Source: Acidimicrobiales bacterium | GTDB taxonomy: Bacteria > Actinomycetota > Acidimicrobiia > Acidimicrobiales > RAAP-2 | Assembly (NCBI GenBank): GCA_036560685.1 | Contig: DATBQT010000049.1 | Coordinates: 1 to 30,859 of the forward strand | Direction of reading: 5' to 3' | Length of the DNA: 30,859 nt | Shown here: one piece after another, positions 25,717-30,859 of the stretch | Position numbering within the stretch: position 1 is the stretch's first letter | Layout of the letters: every line of letters begins with the position of its first letter | Program-made: the position numbers and the translations under genes | Notes under the pieces: model-generated | The model's input: the letters and a program-made list of their open reading frames with translations, nothing else | What the model was told of the DNA's origin: nothing | Databases searched by the model: none

Positions 25717-26100
25717 AAACCCCGAGTGACCGGTCAGCCGCAGCCTTCCAGCCCCTCGGGGCTCGTCTGGTGACCTCCGACGAGCCAGGTCGTGTCGGAC
25801 AACCTGGTCACCGCACCGACCCCGGTCCCTTTCGGTCCCAGACCCGGTGGCGGGCCACCACCGTGTGCACCCCTTGCCTCTTGCGCCCGGTCCCTTTCGG
25901 TCCCGAGCGCTGGTGCCGCTTCGTCCCTCCTTTCGGAGGTCCCCTGCGGTCCCCGTCTCCGGGGCCCCTTGCGGGTCCCCTTCGTCGCTTCGGCGGGTGG
26001 TGCGCACCCGGCGTTGAAGGCACTCTGCCGGAGCCGCCCACGGCATGCAACCCGAAACGGCGATATCCCCGGGATATCCACGACTTGCTTGTTGCTGTCC
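25717..26100 (-). ncRNA. candidate large structured non-coding RNA, family unassigned; ends approximate
   Basis: Largest gap in the window. At least five GNRA-capped hairpins, with loops reading GNRA only on the minus strand. Duplicated 19-nt module. A closing stem AGCCCCGAG/CUCGGGGUU is followed by U residues. No credible ORF. Confidence 0.6.
25821..25904. repeat. exact 19-nt direct repeat CCCGGTCCCTTTCGGTCCC (two copies)
   Basis: Copies at 25821-25839 and 25886-25904, read directly. Confidence 0.9.
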
Positions 26101-26147
26101 ACCGACGCGGCGAGGTAACCCACCGGTAGCGACGACGTTCTCCAGAG

Positions 26148-27125
26148 CTAATCCACAGCGGCGTCGGCAACTGCCGGGAGCGCGCGCAACGTGCGGCGTG
26201 GGAGCAGCGCCGCGAGCGCGCCGCCGACCCGCGCCGCGCCCGCGGCGACGAGGTTCCGAAGCCCCATCGCGCGCACGCGCAGCGAGCCCGCGCCCCTTCG
26301 CTGCGTGAACAGCTCGAGGTGGTAGGCCTCGATGCCGTGCGCGAGGCGTCGGGCCTCTCGGGCACTCGGCGCGGCGCGCAGCATCACCCACAGGGCGTGG
26401 CCGCGGCCCCAGCGGCGCCTCGTCGTCGCGGCGCTCCGCTGTGCGTCGTGGCGGCGGTAGTCCAAGACGACCCGATCGACGGTGACCACCGAGCCGGCCG
26501 CCGCGAGGCGGACGAGGAACTCGAGGTCCTCGCTCCTGCGCGCGGCGGGGTCGAAGCCGCCCAGCGCCCTCGCACAGGCCGTGTCGACGAGCCACGCGCC
26601 CGGTGGCGGGGACACGAGGCGAGTGACGAGCGCCTCGGGCACGAGACCGTCTGGGCTCTCGATCACCCTGCCGTGGCGCCGGACGACGGCACGAAGCTGG
26701 TCGTCGGCCCAGCGGCCCACGTCGACGCTGGCCCCGGCGTCGTCGACCGCACGAAACCGGCCCAGCGCGACGACCGCCCCGCGGTGGGCGGCGAGCGCCT
26801 CGTCCAGCACGCCCAAGGCGTCGTCCGCGAGCACGTCGTCGGCGTCGAGGAAGCAGACCCGGGTGCCCTTCGCCCGGGAGAGCCCGTCGTTGCGCGCGGC
26901 GGCCGGACCGCCCCGGACCGGCCGCGAGACCAGCTCGACACGGGGGTCCTCGGCGCCCAGCGCCGCGGCCACCGCGGCAGTGTCGTCGTCGCTCGCGTCG
27001 TCGACGACGACGCACTGGCCGACCGCGACCGACGCCAGTGCGGAGCGGACCGCGCCACCGAGCGTCGCCGAGGCGTTCCTCGCCGCCACGACGACGGTGA
27101 CCCCGCCGCCGGCATGCCCCCTCAT
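26148..27125 (-). CDS. glycosyltransferase family 2
   Basis: Motifs 'VTVVVAARN', 'VVVDDASDD', 'GPAAARN.G', DxD 'FLDADD', 'SEDLEF'. Confidence 0.9.
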   Translation of the reverse strand: MRGHAGGGVTVVVAARNASATLGGAVRSALASVAVGQCVVVDDASDDDTAAVAAALGAEDPRVELVSRPVRGGPAAARNDGLSRAKGTRVCFLDADDVLADDALGVLDEALAAHRGAVVALGRFRAVDDAGASVDVGRWADDQLRAVVRRHGRVIESPDGLVPEALVTRLVSPPPGAWLVDTACARALGGFDPAARRSEDLEFLVRLAAAGSVVTVDRVVLDYRRHDAQRSAATTRRRWGRGHALWVMLRAAPSAREARRLAHGIEAYHLELFTQRRGAGSLRVRAMGLRNLVAAGAARVGGALAALLPRRTLRALPAVADAAVD

Positions 27126-27197
27126 CGTCGCGCCCGCATGGCTCGATCATTGCCCACGCACGACGGCGCACCGCCGTGTGTGCCTACGATCCGCGTC

Positions 27198-27776
27198 GTG
27201 GCGACCGCAACGCTCCCCCGCCACGCACCTGTGTCCCCGCGCGTCGAGGTCGACGAGCTCGTGCTCACCCGGTGGTCGCTCGGGGACCTCGACGAGCTGG
27301 CGGCGCTGCACGCCGAGCCTGAGACGATGGCGCCCTTCGGCGGCCCGTTCGCGACCCGGGCCGAGAGCGACGCGTTCGCTGTCCGCGTCGACGGCTGGTT
27401 CGACGAGCACGGCTTCGGGCTCTTCGCGGTCCACGCCGACGCACGGCTGCTCGGCGCGGTCGGGCTCGCGCCCATCCCCCCTGACATCGCGGTGCCCTTC
27501 GAGGCCGAGGTGGGCTGGCGACTGCGGCGGTCCGCGTGGGGTCGGGGCGTGGCGACCAGAGCCGCGCTCGCGGTGCTCGCCTGGGCCGAGGCGACGGGCG
27601 GGCCGACGCAGGTGTGCAGCTTCACGGCGACGACCAACGAGCGATCGGCCGCGACCATGCGCCGCGTCGGGCTGCACCGTCGAGCCGACCTCGACTTCTT
27701 GCACCCGAGGATCGACGAGGGCGACCCGCGGCGGCCCCACGTCGTCTACGCGTCGACGCCCGCGCCGTCGCAGTAG
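27198..27776 (+). CDS. RimJ/RimL-type GNAT N-acetyltransferase
   Basis: Motifs 'LTRW..GDLD.LAAL...PETM', 'EVGWRL..SAWGRGVAT.AA', 'N.RSAA.MRRVG'. GTG is 7 nt after TACGAT. Confidence 0.88.
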   Translation: MATATLPRHAPVSPRVEVDELVLTRWSLGDLDELAALHAEPETMAPFGGPFATRAESDAFAVRVDGWFDEHGFGLFAVHADARLLGAVGLAPIPPDIAVPFEAEVGWRLRRSAWGRGVATRAALAVLAWAEATGGPTQVCSFTATTNERSAATMRRVGLHRRADLDFLHPRIDEGDPRRPHVVYASTPAPSQ

Positions 27777-27789
27777 CGGACCAGCCGGC

Positions 27790-28671
27790 CTAGGGAGAGC
27801 TCCGCACCGCCAGGCTCCAATAGCCCGAGACGTCGATCTCCAGGTAGTACGGGTTCGGGAGCCCGAGCAGCGTCACGGTCTTATGGACGAAGATCCGCCC
27901 GGCGAACGGGGTCAACACGTCCACGCCCTTCTGCGAGACGACGTGGACGAAGACCGTGCCGTTGGAGAGCGACAGGAACCTGAACGAGAGGTACTTGTCC
28001 GCGGCCGAGAACGGCCCCACCACCGACTGGCTCGTGGAGTAGTACGTGAAGGGCGTCTGGATCACCGGCACCGTGGGGCCGGGCTGGAGCACCTGCACCA
28101 CCCAGGGGCCGTCGCCGACGACGGTCAGGTCGTACCGGCCGAGGGGCACCGGCACGTGGAAGGTGCCGTTGAAGCTCGCAGAGGTGTTGTCGACCGGCAG
28201 GGCCACCACGTTTCCGGTCGGGTCGGTGACCGTCACGACGAAGGTGTAGGTGCACGCGCACGAGGCGTGCAGGAGCAGCAGGTTGCCGGTGGCCGTGAAC
28301 GGCATGCCCGTGCGGTTCGAGCTGCCCGTGAACGTCTTGACCGACGAGCCCGGCCCCGTGACCACCGGGGTGAACGCCGGCTGGGGGTGCTTTCCTCGCG
28401 GCAGGGTGTGGCCCGCCTTGTGGTGGACCGTGTGCGGTCGGTAGTGCCAGACGACCGCGGACAGGAACCCGAGGACGATGACGCAGGTCAGCAGGACACC
28501 CGGCCAGCGGCGCGGGCGCTTCCAGTCGTCCCAGGCGGGGTCGTAGCGGCGCCGGGACCGCCCCTCCTCGGGCGGCGCACCCTCGGCCGGGGGCTCGATC
28601 GTGCCCACGCCAGCCGCGTCGGGGCCCGGCGTGGCCTGCCCTTTCGAGCCGACTCGGCGGAGCGGGCGCAT
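27790..28671 (-). CDS. single-pass membrane protein with two tandem beta-rich extracellular repeats, function unknown
   Basis: Basic N-tail, TM 'WPGVLLTCVIVLGFLSAVVW', then two ~90-aa Thr/Val/aromatic-rich units, each ending 'Y.L.V/I..G.W..V'. Strong GC3 codon bias. ATG 28671 is 7 nt after TACGAT. Confidence 0.75.
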   Translation of the reverse strand: MRPLRRVGSKGQATPGPDAAGVGTIEPPAEGAPPEEGRSRRRYDPAWDDWKRPRRWPGVLLTCVIVLGFLSAVVWHYRPHTVHHKAGHTLPRGKHPQPAFTPVVTGPGSSVKTFTGSSNRTGMPFTATGNLLLLHASCACTYTFVVTVTDPTGNVVALPVDNTSASFNGTFHVPVPLGRYDLTVVGDGPWVVQVLQPGPTVPVIQTPFTYYSTSQSVVGPFSAADKYLSFRFLSLSNGTVFVHVVSQKGVDVLTPFAGRIFVHKTVTLLGLPNPYYLEIDVSGYWSLAVRSSP

Positions 28672-28719
28672 CGGTCGCATCGTACTCGTGGGGCCGTCAG
28701 GGACCCCCGGGGCGGTCGG

Positions 28720-29655
28720 CTACAGCCCGACGTCGGGCTTGAGCGCGGCCTGCAGGACCACCGAGAGGTACTCGGCGTAGGTCGCCGTGACGTGGAACGC
28801 GTCGTAGTACGCCACCATGTTCCCGATCACCGCCGAGCAGGTCTTGGTGCACAGCCATGGCTGGGGGTTGACGTAGGGAACGCCCACTGCGGCGGCCGCG
28901 GCCATCTCGGCGGCGAAGTGCTGGTGGGTCTTCGGGTTCGGGTTCGGGATGGTGCAGGTCTGCACCGCCTTGGGATACGCCGCAAGGCAGCTCGGCGGGT
29001 TCACGTTGTACACCGAGATGTCACCGATGACCGCGACCTTGGTCTTCGGACCCTTCAGCTGGGCGAGCGAGTTCTTCAGGCCGGACTGCCACGCCGCGTC
29101 CGTGGTGAGCACGTTGCCCGCCCCGGGGATGTCCGACGTCCGGTCGGCGACCAGCACGACCGTAGGGGCGAGCGTCTTGATCTGCGAGATCATCGACGAG
29201 CGGAACTTGGTGCACGCGGCGTTCACGGAGTGCGTGCTCGCGTCCCAGACCCCGATGTTCGCCACCGGGCAGCCCGCCATCCACACCAGCACCAGGCGAT
29301 CGCCGTCGCGCTGGGCGATCGGCACGAGCGCGGTGAGCCACATCTGGGCATGCGAGTCGCCGAACAGCACGATCGTCCTCTTGCTGGTCTTGATCCCGAA
29401 GACGCACTTGGTCACCCCCGCGCACGTGCGGCCTGCCACCCCGTCATAGGTCCCCGGGCTGTCCCTGCTCGCCTCGGACAGCGGCGGCAGCAAGTTCGTG
29501 GGAAGCGACTTGATCGACGACGAGGCCGCGACGAGCGCGGCGACCTGGGACGCGGTGCCCGGCTTTGGCAGCTTGGAGGTTGCCGCGGCCAGCGTCGCGG
29601 CGCCTGCGATCCCAGCGATGACCGCGAGCGCCACCAGCGTCCGTCGAACGCGCAT
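28720..29655 (-). CDS. secreted SGNH-fold domain of the AT3-associated (OafA/OatA C-terminal-like) type
   Basis: Signal peptide, block I 'LFGDSHA', 'GCP', block V 'YDAFH' (DxxH), several Cys pairs. SD AGGGGAGG. Confidence 0.85.
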   Translation of the reverse strand: MRVRRTLVALAVIAGIAGAATLAAATSKLPKPGTASQVAALVAASSSIKSLPTNLLPPLSEASRDSPGTYDGVAGRTCAGVTKCVFGIKTSKRTIVLFGDSHAQMWLTALVPIAQRDGDRLVLVWMAGCPVANIGVWDASTHSVNAACTKFRSSMISQIKTLAPTVVLVADRTSDIPGAGNVLTTDAAWQSGLKNSLAQLKGPKTKVAVIGDISVYNVNPPSCLAAYPKAVQTCTIPNPNPKTHQHFAAEMAAAAAVGVPYVNPQPWLCTKTCSAVIGNMVAYYDAFHVTATYAEYLSVVLQAALKPDVGL

Positions 29656-29728
29656 CGGTCCTCCCCTGGTCGGTTGTCGCCGCGAGCGTAACGCGGCTTC
29701 GCGCCGGGATTCGAGCGCCCCGTCAGGG

Positions 29729-30859
29729 CTAGTAGGAGAAGCCCTTCTGCAGCAGCGCCGACACCAAGAACGCGGCGGCGACGAACGTGAGGCCCATCGC
29801 GATGCTCGCCCACGGGCGCACCGCGAGCTGTCGTGACCGGCGGATCGGCTTCTCGAGCAGGGCGTACATGATGAAGGCGACGACGAGCGTGACCGCGGCG
29901 ATCAGCAGCCGCTCGTGGACCGGCAGGGGCCCTGACGACGGGAGGGCGCCTATCAAGAGGATCATGGGCGGGTAGTGCAGCAGGTACCACCCGTAGGACA
30001 CGCGCCCGACCGCGCGCACGGGAGGAAGCGAGAGCGCGTGGCCGGCTCCGATCCCCGACGCCCCGCCCACGATCACCGCGACGGCCCCGAGGACCGGAAG
30101 GAGCGCCGCGGGTCCCGGGAACACCGTCAAGGGCCCGTAGATATGGGAGCTGACCACGATCGCGATCATCCCGGCCCAGGCAAGGGCGAAGCCCGCCCAG
30201 CGGGGCAGCCTCGCGGCGTAGGCGACGCAGGTGGCGGCGATGGCCCCGATGCCGAGCTCCCAGCCCCTGGTCCACGGGGAGTAGTACGCCCACGTTGCGT
30301 TGAGACTGCTCGCGTGGTCGGCCCACCAGTACGACGCGATCGTCGCGACGAGGGCCGCCACGAAGACCGAGAGGCGGATCGGGATGCGCCTCGTGAGGAG
30401 CCCCACCACCAGCACGAGCGTCGGCCACACGAAGTAGAACTGCTCTTCGACCGCGAGCGACCAGTAGTGCAGCAGGGGGGACGCCTTGAGCGGGTCGGTG
30501 CTCTGGAGGAAGTAGTCCGTGCCCACGTTGGCGAAGTGGACGTTGGCGGCGAACAGCGCTGCCCACTTGCCGTCCTGGGTGGTGTAGCTGTACGCGATGA
30601 TGTTCTGGTAGTGGTGCGCCATGAGGAGGGTCCCGATGATGACGAGCATCCCTGCGGGCAGGATCCTGCGGGATCGGCGCGCGTAGAAGCCAGGGAGGGA
30701 CACCGAGCGTCGCTTGTCGTGCTCGCGCAGCAAGAGGCCGGTGATCAGGAAGCCGGAGATCACGAAGAAGACGTCGACGCCGACGAACCCTCCTGACGCC
30801 CACTTGATGTTGCAGTGGTACAGCACGACGAGGACCACGGCGACGCAACGAAGGCCCTC
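29729..30859 (-). CDS. acyltransferase-3 (OafA-like) membrane O-acyltransferase; 5'-truncated by window edge
   Basis: Motifs 'EGLR.VAV..VVLYH', 'GGFVGVDVFFVISGFLIT', 'FYARR.RRILPA', 'HYWSLAVEEQFY', 'G.VSYGWYL.H.P'. Confidence 0.93.
   Translation of the reverse strand, partial: EGLRCVAVVLVVLYHCNIKWASGGFVGVDVFFVISGFLITGLLLREHDKRRSVSLPGFYARRSRRILPAGMLVIIGTLLMAHHYQNIIAYSYTTQDGKWAALFAANVHFANVGTDYFLQSTDPLKASPLLHYWSLAVEEQFYFVWPTLVLVVGLLTRRIPIRLSVFVAALVATIASYWWADHASSLNATWAYYSPWTRGWELGIGAIAATCVAYAARLPRWAGFALAWAGMIAIVVSSHIYGPLTVFPGPAALLPVLGAVAVIVGGASGIGAGHALSLPPVRAVGRVSYGWYLLHYPPMILLIGALPSSGPLPVHERLLIAAVTLVVAFIMYALLEKPIRRSRQLAVRPWASIAMGLTFVAAAFLVSALLQKGFSY

Noticed and set aside
25821-25979. CRISPR array or iteron origin
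   Set aside because: There are only two 19-nt copies, with no regular repeat-spacer period and no cas or rep gene.
25717-26100. Assignment of the structured region to RNase P RNA, tmRNA, SRP RNA or c-di-GMP-I
   Set aside because: There is no GAGGAAAGUCC core, no tRNA-like ends with CCA and no SRP domain IV motif. The CCUCC-GAAA-GGAGG-GACG hairpin recalls the c-di-GMP-I P2 but lacks the flanking GCAAA segments and has no downstream gene to regulate.
25734-26365. ORFs over the large gap (25734..26123 -, 25792..26118 +, 25808..26365 -, 25581..26129 +)
   Set aside because: They are low-complexity G/P/R translations with atypical codons (AGG, AGA, GCA, ATA), no SD or leaderless signal and no family motif. 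The structured-RNA reading explains the sequence better.
1-30859. Mobile elements, prophage, defence systems, tRNA or rRNA
   Set aside because: I saw no transposase, integrase, nuclease, tRNA cloverleaf or compositional shift. The region looks like core chromosome.

Overview
Very GC-rich, gene-dense bacterial DNA. Gene content, TANNNT leaderless promoters and protein families suggest an actinobacterium, possibly Acidimicrobiia-like (inference). Positions 1-11.9 kb form a nucleoside salvage/catabolism supercluster: BMP-type ABC permease (partial), PfkB kinase + psuG, cdd, deoA, add, phospho-sugar mutase, punA, a full-length plus a truncated aldehyde dehydrogenase, and deoC. Next come ychF, a GNAT, an amidohydrolase, ahcY, a YcaQ-like glycosylase, two tandem PIG-L deacetylases, an NRAMP-related Mg-type transporter with a membrane-less MgtE-N/CBS partner, ltaE, a hotdog thioesterase, fabH, a sugar nucleotidyltransferase, a GT2, a RimJ-type GNAT, a membrane-anchored repeat protein and a split AT3 acyltransferase / SGNH pair (partial). 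No tRNA, rRNA, CRISPR array or mobile element was seen. Most genes abut or overlap, so the few long non-coding gaps stand out. (1) A 464-bp gap at 25684-26147 holds a ~380-nt minus-strand sequence packed with GNRA-capped hairpins, a duplicated tandem-GA/GAAA module, alternative pairings and a terminator-like end. It is a candidate large structured ncRNA that I could not assign to a known family. (2) A 196-bp leader in front of the NRAMP-type transporter shows pseudoknot / anti-SD / anti-anti-SD logic and is a candidate metal-sensing riboswitch. (3) The ahcY leader resembles a variant SAH riboswitch. All RNA structures were paired by eye and need covariance and experimental checks.
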